Source: the human T2T-CHM13v2.0 reference genome, Homo sapiens. From it: a DNA stretch of 64,000 bases. A program made the position numbers and the translations under genes. Position 1 is the first letter of the stretch. The number at the start of each line of letters is the position of its first letter. The DNA is taken from the NCBI RefSeq assembly GCF_009914755.1, contig NC_060928.1. One strand, given 5' to 3'. This document shows positions 38,501 to 54,000 of the stretch, piece by piece. The notes beneath the pieces are model-generated. The model made no database searches. It was not told where the DNA came from and saw only the letters and a program-made list of their open reading frames with translations.

Positions 38501-41500
38501 GTGGATATTTGGATAGCTTTGAGGATTTCGTTGGAAACGGGTTATCTTCATATAAAATCCAGACAGGAGCATTCTCAGAAACTTCTTTGTGCTGCATGTC
38601 CTCAATTCACAGAGCTGAACCTTTGTTTGGATACAGCATTTTGGAAACATTCCTTTAGTAGAATCTGCAAGTTGATATTTAGATAGCTTTGAAGATTTCG
38701 TTGGAAACGGGAATATCTTCATAGAAAATCTAGACGGAAGCATTCTCAGAAACTGCTTTGTGATGTTTGCATTCAAGTCACAGAGTTGAATATTCCCTTT
38801 TATAGAGTAGGTTTGAAACACTCTTTCGGCACTACCTGGAAGTGGATATTTCGAGCTCTTTGAGGCCTATGGTTAAAAGGAAATATCTTCCCATAAAAAC
38901 TAGACAGAAGCCGTCTCAGAAACTTGTTTGTGATGTGTGTATTCAACTACCAGAGTTGAACATTTCTGTTACAGAGCAATTTTAAAACACTCTTTTTGTG
39001 GAATCTGAAAGTGGATAATTGGATAGCTTTGTGGATTTCGTTGGAAACGGGATGACGTATAAAATCTAGAGAGAAGCATTCTCAGGAACTTCTTTCTGAT
39101 GTTTGCATTCAAGTCACAGAATTGAACATTCCTTTTCATAGTGCAGGTTTGAAACACTCTTTCTGTAGTATCTGGAAGTGGACATTTCAAGCGCTTTCAG
39201 GCCTACGGGGAGAAAGGAAATATCTTCAAATAAAAACTAGACAGAAGGATTCTCAGAAACTTATTTGTGATGTGTGTCCTAAACGAACACAGTTGAACCT
39301 TTGTTTTGATACAGCATTTTGGAAACACTCCTTTTGTAGGATCTGCAGGTGGATATTTGGATAGATTTTAAGATTTCGTTGGAAACGGGAGTTTCTTCAT
39401 AGAAACTCAAGACAGATGCATTCTCAGAAACATCTCTGTGATGTTTGCATTCCACTCATAGAGTTGAAAACTTCCTTTCATAGAGCAGGTTTGAAACACT
39501 CTTTTTGTAATATTTGGAAGTGGACATTTGCAGCGCTTTGAGGCCTATGGTGAAAAAGGAAATATCTTCTCATAAAAACCAGAAACAAGCATTCTCAGAA
39601 ACTTCTTTTTGATGTGTGTACTCAAGTAACAGAGTTGAACCTTCCTTTTGACACAGCAGTTTTGAAACAATCTTTTTGTAGAATCTGCAAGTGGATATTT
39701 GGATAGCTTTGAGGATTTCGTTGGAAACGGGATATCTTCATATAAAATCTAGACAGAAGCATTCTCAGAAACTTCTTTGTGCTGTATGTCCTCAATTAAC
39801 AGAGTTGAACCATTGCTTGGATACAGCATTTTGGAAACATTCCTTGAGTAGAATCTGCAAGTTGATATTTAGATAGATTTGAAGATTTCGTTGGAAAAGG
39901 GAATATCTCCATATAAAATCTAGAGGGAAGCATTCTCAGAAACTGCTTTGTGATGTTTCCATTCAAGTCACAGAGTTGAATATTCCCTTTTATAGAGCAC
40001 GTTTGAAACACTCTTTCTGCACTATCTGGAAGTGGACATTTCGAGCGCTTTGAGGCCTATGGTGAAAAAGGAAATATCTTCCCATAAAAACTAGACAGAA
40101 GCATTCTCAGAAACTTGTTTGTGATGTGTGTATTCAACTAACAGAGTTGAACTTTTGTTTTTACAGAGCCGTTTTAAAACACTCTTTTTGTGGAATCAGA
40201 AAGTGGATATTCGGATGGCTCTGAGGATTTCGTTGGAAGCGGGATTACATATAAAAATCTAGAGAGAAGCATTCTCAGGAACTTCTTTGTGATGTTTGCA
40301 TTGAAGTCACAGAATTGAACATTCACTTTGATAGAGCAGGTTTGAAACACTCATTCTGTAGTATCTGGAAGTGGACATTTCAAGCGCTTTCAGGCCTATG
40401 GTGAGAAAGGAAATATCTTCGAATAAAAACTAGACAGAAGCATCCTCAGAAACTTATTTGTGATGTGTGTCCTCAACTAACAGAGTTGAAACTTTGTTTT
40501 GATACAGCATTTTGGAAACACTCTTTTTGTAGAATCTGCAGGTGGATATTTGGATAGCTTAGAGGGATTCGTTGGAAAGGGGATATCTTCATATAAAATC
40601 TAGACAGAAGCATTCTCAGAAACTTATTTGTGATGTGTGTCCTCAACTAACAGAGTTGAACCTTGGTTTTGATACAGCATTTTGGAAACACTCCTTTTGT
40701 AGAATCTGCAGGTGGATATGTGGATAGCTCTGAAGATTTCGTTGGAAACGGGAATTTCTTCATATAAAATCAAACAGAAGCATTCTCAGAAACTTCTCAG
40801 TGATGTTTGCATTCAGCTCATGGAGTTGAACACTTCCTTTCATAGAGCCGGTTTGAAACACTCTTTCTGCACTACCTGGAAGAGGACATTTCGAGCGCTT
40901 TGAGTCCTATGGTGAAAAAGGAAATATCTTCTCATAAAAACCAGAAAGAAGCATTCTCAGAAACTTCTTTGTGTTGTGTGTACTCATGTAACAGTGTTGA
41001 ACCATCCTTTTGACAGAGCAGTTTTGAAACACTCTTTTGTAGAATCTGCAAGTGGATATTTGGATAGCTTTGAGGATTTCGTTGGAAACGGGATGACATA
41101 TAATATCTAGAGAGAAGCATTCTCAGGAACTTCTTTGTGATGTTTGCATTCAAGTCACAGAATTGAACATTCCCTTTCATAGAGCAGGTTTGAAACACTC
41201 TTTCTCTAGTATCTGGAAGTGGGCATTTCAAGCGCTTTCAGGCCTATGGAGAGAAAGGAAATACCTTCAAATAAAAACTAGACAGAAGCATTCTCAGAAA
41301 CTTATTTGTGATGTGTGTCCTCAACTAACAGAGTTGAACCTTTGTTTTGATACAGCATTTTGGAAACACTCCTTTTGTAGAATCTGCAGGTGGATATTTG
41401 GATAACTTTGAAGATTTCGTTGGAAACCGGAATATCTTCATATAAAATCAAGACAGAAGCATTCTCGGAAACATCTCTGTGATGTTTGCATTCAACTCAG

Positions 41501-42016
41501 TAGAGTTGAACACTTCCTTTCATAGAGCCGGTTTGAAACACTCTTTCTGCACTACCTGGAAGCGGACATTTCGAGCGCTTTGAGGCCTATGGTGAAAAAG
41601 GAAATATCTTCTCATAAAAACCAGAAAGAAGCATTCTCAGAAACTTCTTTGTGTTGTGTGTACTCAAGTAACAGTGTTGAACCTTCCTTTTGACACAGCA
41701 GTTTTGAAACACTCTTTTGGTAGAATCTGCAAGTGGATATTTGGATAGCTTTGAGGATTTCGTTGGAAACGGGTTATCTTCATATAAAATCCAGACAGGA
41801 GCATTCTCAGAAACTTCTTTGTGCTGCATGTCCTCAATTCACAGAGCTGAACCTTTGTTTGGATACAGCATTTTGGAAACATTCCTTTAGTAGAATCTGC
41901 AAGTTGATATTTAGATAGCTTTGAAGATTTCGTTGGAAACGGGAATATCTTCATAGAAAATCTAGACGGAAGCATTCTCAGAAACTGCTTTGTGATGTTT
42001 GCATTCAAGTCACAGA
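35553..42016 (+). repeat. HOR copies 12-13, variant haplotype (1130T, +A, -T)
   Basis: T at 36682 and 39914; five-A run at 37021-37025 and 40253-40257; four-T run at 37803-37806 and 41035-41038. The ORF track loses the 91-aa ORF and gains a 99-aa ORF in these two copies. Confidence 0.92.
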
Positions 42017-45000
42017 GTTGAATATTCCCTTTTATAGAGTAGGTTTGAAACACTCTTTCGGCACTACCTGGAAGTGGATATTTCGAGCTCTTTGAGGCCT
42101 ATGGTTAAAAGGAAATATCTTCCCATAAAAACTAGACAGAAGCCGTCTCAGAAACTTGTTTGTGATGTGTGTATTCAACTACCAGAGTTGAACATTTCTG
42201 TTACAGAGCAATTTTAAAACACTCTTTTTGTGGAATCTGAAAGTGGATAATTGGATAGCTTTGTGGATTTCGTTGGAAACGGGATGACGTATAAAATCTA
42301 GAGAGAAGCATTCTCAGGAACTTCTTTCTGATGTTTGCATTCAAGTCACAGAATTGAACATTCCTTTTCATAGTGCAGGTTTGAAACACTCTTTCTGTAG
42401 TATCTGGAAGTGGACATTTCAAGCGCTTTCAGGCCTACGGGGAGAAAGGAAATATCTTCAAATAAAAACTAGACAGAAGGATTCTCAGAAACTTATTTGT
42501 GATGTGTGTCCTAAACGAACACAGTTGAACCTTTGTTTTGATACAGCATTTTGGAAACACTCCTTTTGTAGGATCTGCAGGTGGATATTTGGATAGATTT
42601 TAAGATTTCGTTGGAAACGGGAGTTTCTTCATAGAAACTCAAGACAGATGCATTCTCAGAAACATCTCTGTGATGTTTGCATTCCACTCATAGAGTTGAA
42701 AACTTCCTTTCATAGAGCAGGTTTGAAACACTCTTTTTGTAATATTTGGAAGTGGACATTTGCAGCGCTTTGAGGCCTATGGTGAAAAAGGAAATATCTT
42801 CTCATAAAAACCAGAAACAAGCATTCTCAGAAACTTCTTTTTGATGTGTGTACTCAAGTAACAGAGTTGAACCTTCCTTTTGACACAGCAGTTTTGAAAC
42901 AATCTTTTTGTAGAATCTGCAAGTGGATATTTGGATAGCTTTGAGGATTTCGTTGGAAACGGGATATCTTCATATAAAATCTAGACAGAAGCATTCTCAG
43001 AAACTTCTTTGTGCTGTATGTCCTCAATTAACAGAGTTGAACCATTGCTTGGATACAGCATTTTGGAAACATTCCTTGAGTAGAATCTGCAAGTTGATAT
43101 TTAGATAGATTTGAAGATTTCGTTGGAAAAGGGAATATCTCCATAGAAAATCTAGAGGGAAGCATTCTCAGAAACTGCTTTGTGATGTTTCCATTCAAGT
43201 CACAGAGTTGAATATTCCCTTTTATAGAGCACGTTTGAAACACTCTTTCTGCACTATCTGGAAGTGGACATTTCGAGCGCTTTGAGGCCTATGGTGAAAA
43301 AGGAAATATCTTCCCATAAAAACTAGACAGAAGCATTCTCAGAAACTTGTTTGTGATGTGTGTATTCAACTAACAGAGTTGAACTTTTGTTTTTACAGAG
43401 CCGTTTTAAAACACTCTTTTTGTGGAATCAGAAAGTGGATATTCGGATGGCTCTGAGGATTTCGTTGGAAGCGGGATTACATATAAAATCTAGAGAGAAG
43501 CATTCTCAGGAACTTCTTTGTGATGTTTGCATTGAAGTCACAGAATTGAACATTCACTTTGATAGAGCAGGTTTGAAACACTCATTCTGTAGTATCTGGA
43601 AGTGGACATTTCAAGCGCTTTCAGGCCTATGGTGAGAAAGGAAATATCTTCGAATAAAAACTAGACAGAAGCATCCTCAGAAACTTATTTGTGATGTGTG
43701 TCCTCAACTAACAGAGTTGAAACTTTGTTTTGATACAGCATTTTGGAAACACTCTTTTTGTAGAATCTGCAGGTGGATATTTGGATAGCTTAGAGGGATT
43801 CGTTGGAAAGGGGATATCTTCATATAAAATCTAGACAGAAGCATTCTCAGAAACTTATTTGTGATGTGTGTCCTCAACTAACAGAGTTGAACCTTGGTTT
43901 TGATACAGCATTTTGGAAACACTCCTTTTGTAGAATCTGCAGGTGGATATGTGGATAGCTCTGAAGATTTCGTTGGAAACGGGAATTTCTTCATATAAAA
44001 TCAAACAGAAGCATTCTCAGAAACTTCTCAGTGATGTTTGCATTCAGCTCATGGAGTTGAACACTTCCTTTCATAGAGCCGGTTTGAAACACTCTTTCTG
44101 CACTACCTGGAAGAGGACATTTCGAGCGCTTTGAGTCCTATGGTGAAAAAGGAAATATCTTCTCATAAAAACCAGAAAGAAGCATTCTCAGAAACTTCTT
44201 TGTGTTGTGTGTACTCATGTAACAGTGTTGAACCATCCTTTTGACAGAGCAGTTTTGAAACACTCTTTTTGTAGAATCTGCAAGTGGATATTTGGATAGC
44301 TTTGAGGATTTCGTTGGAAACGGGATGACATATAATATCTAGAGAGAAGCATTCTCAGGAACTTCTTTGTGATGTTTGCATTCAAGTCACAGAATTGAAC
44401 ATTCCCTTTCATAGAGCAGGTTTGAAACACTCTTTCTCTAGTATCTGGAAGTGGGCATTTCAAGCGCTTTCAGGCCTATGGAGAGAAAGGAAATACCTTC
44501 AAATAAAAACTAGACAGAAGCATTCTCAGAAACTTATTTGTGATGTGTGTCCTCAACTAACAGAGTTGAACCTTTGTTTTGATACAGCATTTTGGAAACA
44601 CTCCTTTTGTAGAATCTGCAGGTGGATATTTGGATAACTTTGAAGATTTCGTTGGAAACCGGAATATCTTCATATAAAATCAAGACAGAAGCATTCTCGG
44701 AAACATCTCTGTGATGTTTGCATTCAACTCAGTAGAGTTGAACACTTCCTTTCATAGAGCCGGTTTGAAACACTCTTTCTGCACTACCTGGAAGCGGACA
44801 TTTCGAGCGCTTTGAGGCCTATGGTGAAAAAGGAAATATCTTCTCATAAAAACCAGAAAGAAGCATTCTCAGAAACTTCTTTGTGTTGTGTGTACTCAAG
44901 TAACAGTGTTGAACCTTCCTTTTGACACAGCAGTTTTGAAACACTCTTTTGGTAGAATCTGCAAGTGGATATTTGGATAGCTTTGAGGATTTCGTTGGAA

Positions 45001-48000
45001 ACGGGTTATCTTCATATAAAATCCAGACAGGAGCATTCTCAGAAACTTCTTTGTGCTGCATGTCCTCAATTCACAGAGCTGAACCTTTGTTTGGATACAG
45101 CATTTTGGAAACATTCCTTTAGTAGAATCTGCAAGTTGATATTTAGATAGCTTTGAAGATTTCGTTGGAAACGGGAATATCTTCATAGAAAATCTAGACG
45201 GAAGCATTCTCAGAAACTGCTTTGTGATGTTTGCATTCAAGTCACAGAGTTGAATATTCCCTTTTATAGAGTAGGTTTGAAACACTCTTTCGGCACTACC
45301 TGGAAGTGGATATTTCGAGCTCTTTGAGGCCTATGGTTAAAAGGAAATATCTTCCCATAAAAACTAGACAGAAGCCGTCTCAGAAACTTGTTTGTGATGT
45401 GTGTATTCAACTACCAGAGTTGAACATTTCTGTTACAGAGCAATTTTAAAACACTCTTTTTGTGGAATCTGAAAGTGGATAATTGGATAGCTTTGTGGAT
45501 TTCGTTGGAAACGGGATGACGTATAAAATCTAGAGAGAAGCATTCTCAGGAACTTCTTTCTGATGTTTGCATTCAAGTCACAGAATTGAACATTCCTTTT
45601 CATAGTGCAGGTTTGAAACACTCTTTCTGTAGTATCTGGAAGTGGACATTTCAAGCGCTTTCAGGCCTACGGGGAGAAAGGAAATATCTTCAAATAAAAA
45701 CTAGACAGAAGGATTCTCAGAAACTTATTTGTGATGTGTGTCCTAAACGAACACAGTTGAACCTTTGTTTTGATACAGCATTTTGGAAACACTCCTTTTG
45801 TAGGATCTGCAGGTGGATATTTGGATAGATTTTAAGATTTCGTTGGAAACGGGAGTTTCTTCATAGAAACTCAAGACAGATGCATTCTCAGAAACATCTC
45901 TGTGATGTTTGCATTCCACTCATAGAGTTGAAAACTTCCTTTCATAGAGCAGGTTTGAAACACTCTTTTTGTAATATTTGGAAGTGGACATTTGCAGCGC
46001 TTTGAGGCCTATGGTGAAAAAGGAAATATCTTCTCATAAAAACCAGAAACAAGCATTCTCAGAAACTTCTTTTTGATGTGTGTACTCAAGTAACAGAGTT
46101 GAACCTTCCTTTTGACACAGCAGTTTTGAAACAATCTTTTTGTAGAATCTGCAAGTGGATATTTGGATAGCTTTGAGGATTTCGTTGGAAACGGGATATC
46201 TTCATATAAAATCTAGACAGAAGCATTCTCAGAAACTTCTTTGTGCTGTATGTCCTCAATTAACAGAGTTGAACCATTGCTTGGATACAGCATTTTGGAA
46301 ACATTCCTTGAGTAGAATCTGCAAGTTGATATTTAGATAGATTTGAAGATTTCGTTGGAAAAGGGAATATCTCCATAGAAAATCTAGAGGGAAGCATTCT
46401 CAGAAACTGCTTTGTGATGTTTCCATTCAAGTCACAGAGTTGAATATTCCCTTTTATAGAGCACGTTTGAAACACTCTTTCTGCACTATCTGGAAGTGGA
46501 CATTTCGAGCGCTTTGAGGCCTATGGTGAAAAAGGAAATATCTTCCCATAAAAACTAGACAGAAGCATTCTCAGAAACTTGTTTGTGATGTGTGTATTCA
46601 ACTAACAGAGTTGAACTTTTGTTTTTACAGAGCCGTTTTAAAACACTCTTTTTGTGGAATCAGAAAGTGGATATTCGGATGGCTCTGAGGATTTCGTTGG
46701 AAGCGGGATTACATATAAAATCTAGAGAGAAGCATTCTCAGGAACTTCTTTGTGATGTTTGCATTGAAGTCACAGAATTGAACATTCACTTTGATAGAGC
46801 AGGTTTGAAACACTCATTCTGTAGTATCTGGAAGTGGACATTTCAAGCGCTTTCAGGCCTATGGTGAGAAAGGAAATATCTTCGAATAAAAACTAGACAG
46901 AAGCATCCTCAGAAACTTATTTGTGATGTGTGTCCTCAACTAACAGAGTTGAAACTTTGTTTTGATACAGCATTTTGGAAACACTCTTTTTGTAGAATCT
47001 GCAGGTGGATATTTGGATAGCTTAGAGGGATTCGTTGGAAAGGGGATATCTTCATATAAAATCTAGACAGAAGCATTCTCAGAAACTTATTTGTGATGTG
47101 TGTCCTCAACTAACAGAGTTGAACCTTGGTTTTGATACAGCATTTTGGAAACACTCCTTTTGTAGAATCTGCAGGTGGATATGTGGATAGCTCTGAAGAT
47201 TTCGTTGGAAACGGGAATTTCTTCATATAAAATCAAACAGAAGCATTCTCAGAAACTTCTCAGTGATGTTTGCATTCAGCTCATGGAGTTGAACACTTCC
47301 TTTCATAGAGCCGGTTTGAAACACTCTTTCTGCACTACCTGGAAGAGGACATTTCGAGCGCTTTGAGTCCTATGGTGAAAAAGGAAATATCTTCTCATAA
47401 AAACCAGAAAGAAGCATTCTCAGAAACTTCTTTGTGTTGTGTGTACTCATGTAACAGTGTTGAACCATCCTTTTGACAGAGCAGTTTTGAAACACTCTTT
47501 TTGTAGAATCTGCAAGTGGATATTTGGATAGCTTTGAGGATTTCGTTGGAAACGGGATGACATATAATATCTAGAGAGAAGCATTCTCAGGAACTTCTTT
47601 GTGATGTTTGCATTCAAGTCACAGAATTGAACATTCCCTTTCATAGAGCAGGTTTGAAACACTCTTTCTCTAGTATCTGGAAGTGGGCATTTCAAGCGCT
47701 TTCAGGCCTATGGAGAGAAAGGAAATACCTTCAAATAAAAACTAGACAGAAGCATTCTCAGAAACTTATTTGTGATGTGTGTCCTCAACTAACAGAGTTG
47801 AACCTTTGTTTTGATACAGCATTTTGGAAACACTCCTTTTGTAGAATCTGCAGGTGGATATTTGGATAACTTTGAAGATTTCGTTGGAAACCGGAATATC
47901 TTCATATAAAATCAAGACAGAAGCATTCTCGGAAACATCTCTGTGATGTTTGCATTCAACTCAGTAGAGTTGAACACTTCCTTTCATAGAGCCGGTTTGA

Positions 48001-51000
48001 AACACTCTTTCTGCACTACCTGGAAGCGGACATTTCGAGCGCTTTGAGGCCTATGGTGAAAAAGGAAATATCTTCTCATAAAAACCAGAAAGAAGCATTC
48101 TCAGAAACTTCTTTGTGTTGTGTGTACTCAAGTAACAGTGTTGAACCTTCCTTTTGACACAGCAGTTTTGAAACACTCTTTTGGTAGAATCTGCAAGTGG
48201 ATATTTGGATAGCTTTGAGGATTTCGTTGGAAACGGGTTATCTTCATATAAAATCCAGACAGGAGCATTCTCAGAAACTTCTTTGTGCTGCATGTCCTCA
48301 ATTCACAGAGCTGAACCTTTGTTTGGATACAGCATTTTGGAAACATTCCTTTAGTAGAATCTGCAAGTTGATATTTAGATAGCTTTGAAGATTTCGTTGG
48401 AAACGGGAATATCTTCATAGAAAATCTAGACGGAAGCATTCTCAGAAACTGCTTTGTGATGTTTGCATTCAAGTCACAGAGTTGAATATTCCCTTTTATA
48501 GAGTAGGTTTGAAACACTCTTTCGGCACTACCTGGAAGTGGATATTTCGAGCTCTTTGAGGCCTATGGTTAAAAGGAAATATCTTCCCATAAAAACTAGA
48601 CAGAAGCCGTCTCAGAAACTTGTTTGTGATGTGTGTATTCAACTACCAGAGTTGAACATTTCTGTTACAGAGCAATTTTAAAACACTCTTTTTGTGGAAT
48701 CTGAAAGTGGATAATTGGATAGCTTTGTGGATTTCGTTGGAAACGGGATGACGTATAAAATCTAGAGAGAAGCATTCTCAGGAACTTCTTTCTGATGTTT
48801 GCATTCAAGTCACAGAATTGAACATTCCTTTTCATAGTGCAGGTTTGAAACACTCTTTCTGTAGTATCTGGAAGTGGACATTTCAAGCGCTTTCAGGCCT
48901 ACGGGGAGAAAGGAAATATCTTCAAATAAAAACTAGACAGAAGGATTCTCAGAAACTTATTTGTGATGTGTGTCCTAAACGAACACAGTTGAACCTTTGT
49001 TTTGATACAGCATTTTGGAAACACTCCTTTTGTAGGATCTGCAGGTGGATATTTGGATAGATTTTAAGATTTCGTTGGAAACGGGAGTTTCTTCATAGAA
49101 ACTCAAGACAGATGCATTCTCAGAAACATCTCTGTGATGTTTGCATTCCACTCATAGAGTTGAAAACTTCCTTTCATAGAGCAGGTTTGAAACACTCTTT
49201 TTGTAATATTTGGAAGTGGACATTTGCAGCGCTTTGAGGCCTATGGTGAAAAAGGAAATATCTTCTCATAAAAACCAGAAACAAGCATTCTCAGAAACTT
49301 CTTTTTGATGTGTGTACTCAAGTAACAGAGTTGAACCTTCCTTTTGACACAGCAGTTTTGAAACAATCTTTTTGTAGAATCTGCAAGTGGATATTTGGAT
49401 AGCTTTGAGGATTTCGTTGGAAACGGGATATCTTCATATAAAATCTAGACAGAAGCATTCTCAGAAACTTCTTTGTGCTGTATGTCCTCAATTAACAGAG
49501 TTGAACCATTGCTTGGATACAGCATTTTGGAAACATTCCTTGAGTAGAATCTGCAAGTTGATATTTAGATAGATTTGAAGATTTCGTTGGAAAAGGGAAT
49601 ATCTCCATAGAAAATCTAGAGGGAAGCATTCTCAGAAACTGCTTTGTGATGTTTCCATTCAAGTCACAGAGTTGAATATTCCCTTTTATAGAGCACGTTT
49701 GAAACACTCTTTCTGCACTATCTGGAAGTGGACATTTCGAGCGCTTTGAGGCCTATGGTGAAAAAGGAAATATCTTCCCATAAAAACTAGACAGAAGCAT
49801 TCTCAGAAACTTGTTTGTGATGTGTGTATTCAACTAACAGAGTTGAACTTTTGTTTTTACAGAGCCGTTTTAAAACACTCTTTTTGTGGAATCAGAAAGT
49901 GGATATTCGGATGGCTCTGAGGATTTCGTTGGAAGCGGGATTACATATAAAATCTAGAGAGAAGCATTCTCAGGAACTTCTTTGTGATGTTTGCATTGAA
50001 GTCACAGAATTGAACATTCACTTTGATAGAGCAGGTTTGAAACACTCATTCTGTAGTATCTGGAAGTGGACATTTCAAGCGCTTTCAGGCCTATGGTGAG
50101 AAAGGAAATATCTTCGAATAAAAACTAGACAGAAGCATCCTCAGAAACTTATTTGTGATGTGTGTCCTCAACTAACAGAGTTGAAACTTTGTTTTGATAC
50201 AGCATTTTGGAAACACTCTTTTTGTAGAATCTGCAGGTGGATATTTGGATAGCTTAGAGGGATTCGTTGGAAAGGGGATATCTTCATATAAAATCTAGAC
50301 AGAAGCATTCTCAGAAACTTATTTGTGATGTGTGTCCTCAACTAACAGAGTTGAACCTTGGTTTTGATACAGCATTTTGGAAACACTCCTTTTGTAGAAT
50401 CTGCAGGTGGATATGTGGATAGCTCTGAAGATTTCGTTGGAAACGGGAATTTCTTCATATAAAATCAAACAGAAGCATTCTCAGAAACTTCTCAGTGATG
50501 TTTGCATTCAGCTCATGGAGTTGAACACTTCCTTTCATAGAGCCGGTTTGAAACACTCTTTCTGCACTACCTGGAAGAGGACATTTCGAGCGCTTTGAGT
50601 CCTATGGTGAAAAAGGAAATATCTTCTCATAAAAACCAGAAAGAAGCATTCTCAGAAACTTCTTTGTGTTGTGTGTACTCATGTAACAGTGTTGAACCAT
50701 CCTTTTGACAGAGCAGTTTTGAAACACTCTTTTTGTAGAATCTGCAAGTGGATATTTGGATAGCTTTGAGGATTTCGTTGGAAACGGGATGACATATAAT
50801 ATCTAGAGAGAAGCATTCTCAGGAACTTCTTTGTGATGTTTGCATTCAAGTCACAGAATTGAACATTCCCTTTCATAGAGCAGGTTTGAAACACTCTTTC
50901 TCTAGTATCTGGAAGTGGGCATTTCAAGCGCTTTCAGGCCTATGGAGAGAAAGGAAATACCTTCAAATAAAAACTAGACAGAAGCATTCTCAGAAACTTA

Positions 51001-54000
51001 TTTGTGATGTGTGTCCTCAACTAACAGAGTTGAACCTTTGTTTTGATACAGCATTTTGGAAACACTCCTTTTGTAGAATCTGCAGGTGGATATTTGGATA
51101 ACTTTGAAGATTTCGTTGGAAACCGGAATATCTTCATATAAAATCAAGACAGAAGCATTCTCGGAAACATCTCTGTGATGTTTGCATTCAACTCAGTAGA
51201 GTTGAACACTTCCTTTCATAGAGCCGGTTTGAAACACTCTTTCTGCACTACCTGGAAGCGGACATTTCGAGCGCTTTGAGGCCTATGGTGAAAAAGGAAA
51301 TATCTTCTCATAAAAACCAGAAAGAAGCATTCTCAGAAACTTCTTTGTGTTGTGTGTACTCAAGTAACAGTGTTGAACCTTCCTTTTGACACAGCAGTTT
51401 TGAAACACTCTTTTGGTAGAATCTGCAAGTGGATATTTGGATAGCTTTGAGGATTTCGTTGGAAACGGGTTATCTTCATATAAAATCCAGACAGGAGCAT
51501 TCTCAGAAACTTCTTTGTGCTGCATGTCCTCAATTCACAGAGCTGAACCTTTGTTTGGATACAGCATTTTGGAAACATTCCTTTAGTAGAATCTGCAAGT
51601 TGATATTTAGATAGCTTTGAAGATTTCGTTGGAAACGGGAATATCTTCATAGAAAATCTAGACGGAAGCATTCTCAGAAACTGCTTTGTGATGTTTGCAT
51701 TCAAGTCACAGAGTTGAATATTCCCTTTTATAGAGTAGGTTTGAAACACTCTTTCGGCACTACCTGGAAGTGGATATTTCGAGCTCTTTGAGGCCTATGG
51801 TTAAAAGGAAATATCTTCCCATAAAAACTAGACAGAAGCCGTCTCAGAAACTTGTTTGTGATGTGTGTATTCAACTACCAGAGTTGAACATTTCTGTTAC
51901 AGAGCAATTTTAAAACACTCTTTTTGTGGAATCTGAAAGTGGATAATTGGATAGCTTTGTGGATTTCGTTGGAAACGGGATGACGTATAAAATCTAGAGA
52001 GAAGCATTCTCAGGAACTTCTTTCTGATGTTTGCATTCAAGTCACAGAATTGAACATTCCTTTTCATAGTGCAGGTTTGAAACACTCTTTCTGTAGTATC
52101 TGGAAGTGGACATTTCAAGCGCTTTCAGGCCTACGGGGAGAAAGGAAATATCTTCAAATAAAAACTAGACAGAAGGATTCTCAGAAACTTATTTGTGATG
52201 TGTGTCCTAAACGAACACAGTTGAACCTTTGTTTTGATACAGCATTTTGGAAACACTCCTTTTGTAGGATCTGCAGGTGGATATTTGGATAGATTTTAAG
52301 ATTTCGTTGGAAACGGGAGTTTCTTCATAGAAACTCAAGACAGATGCATTCTCAGAAACATCTCTGTGATGTTTGCATTCCACTCATAGAGTTGAAAACT
52401 TCCTTTCATAGAGCAGGTTTGAAACACTCTTTTTGTAATATTTGGAAGTGGACATTTGCAGCGCTTTGAGGCCTATGGTGAAAAAGGAAATATCTTCTCA
52501 TAAAAACCAGAAACAAGCATTCTCAGAAACTTCTTTTTGATGTGTGTACTCAAGTAACAGAGTTGAACCTTCCTTTTGACACAGCAGTTTTGAAACAATC
52601 TTTTTGTAGAATCTGCAAGTGGATATTTGGATAGCTTTGAGGATTTCGTTGGAAACGGGATATCTTCATATAAAATCTAGACAGAAGCATTCTCAGAAAC
52701 TTCTTTGTGCTGTATGTCCTCAATTAACAGAGTTGAACCATTGCTTGGATACAGCATTTTGGAAACATTCCTTGAGTAGAATCTGCAAGTTGATATTTAG
52801 ATAGATTTGAAGATTTCGTTGGAAAAGGGAATATCTCCATAGAAAATCTAGAGGGAAGCATTCTCAGAAACTGCTTTGTGATGTTTCCATTCAAGTCACA
52901 GAGTTGAATATTCCCTTTTATAGAGCACGTTTGAAACACTCTTTCTGCACTATCTGGAAGTGGACATTTCGAGCGCTTTGAGGCCTATGGTGAAAAAGGA
53001 AATATCTTCCCATAAAAACTAGACAGAAGCATTCTCAGAAACTTGTTTGTGATGTGTGTATTCAACTAACAGAGTTGAACTTTTGTTTTTACAGAGCCGT
53101 TTTAAAACACTCTTTTTGTGGAATCAGAAAGTGGATATTCGGATGGCTCTGAGGATTTCGTTGGAAGCGGGATTACATATAAAATCTAGAGAGAAGCATT
53201 CTCAGGAACTTCTTTGTGATGTTTGCATTGAAGTCACAGAATTGAACATTCACTTTGATAGAGCAGGTTTGAAACACTCATTCTGTAGTATCTGGAAGTG
53301 GACATTTCAAGCGCTTTCAGGCCTATGGTGAGAAAGGAAATATCTTCGAATAAAAACTAGACAGAAGCATCCTCAGAAACTTATTTGTGATGTGTGTCCT
53401 CAACTAACAGAGTTGAAACTTTGTTTTGATACAGCATTTTGGAAACACTCTTTTTGTAGAATCTGCAGGTGGATATTTGGATAGCTTAGAGGGATTCGTT
53501 GGAAAGGGGATATCTTCATATAAAATCTAGACAGAAGCATTCTCAGAAACTTATTTGTGATGTGTGTCCTCAACTAACAGAGTTGAACCTTGGTTTTGAT
53601 ACAGCATTTTGGAAACACTCCTTTTGTAGAATCTGCAGGTGGATATGTGGATAGCTCTGAAGATTTCGTTGGAAACGGGAATTTCTTCATATAAAATCAA
53701 ACAGAAGCATTCTCAGAAACTTCTCAGTGATGTTTGCATTCAGCTCATGGAGTTGAACACTTCCTTTCATAGAGCCGGTTTGAAACACTCTTTCTGCACT
53801 ACCTGGAAGAGGACATTTCGAGCGCTTTGAGTCCTATGGTGAAAAAGGAAATATCTTCTCATAAAAACCAGAAAGAAGCATTCTCAGAAACTTCTTTGTG
53901 TTGTGTGTACTCATGTAACAGTGTTGAACCATCCTTTTGACAGAGCAGTTTTGAAACACTCTTTTTGTAGAATCTGCAAGTGGATATTTGGATAGCTTTG

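Noticed and set aside
37700-41231. New 99-aa minus-strand ORFs in copies 12 and 13
   Set aside because: They are a frameshift by-product of the single-T deletion and are useful only as a marker of that indel.
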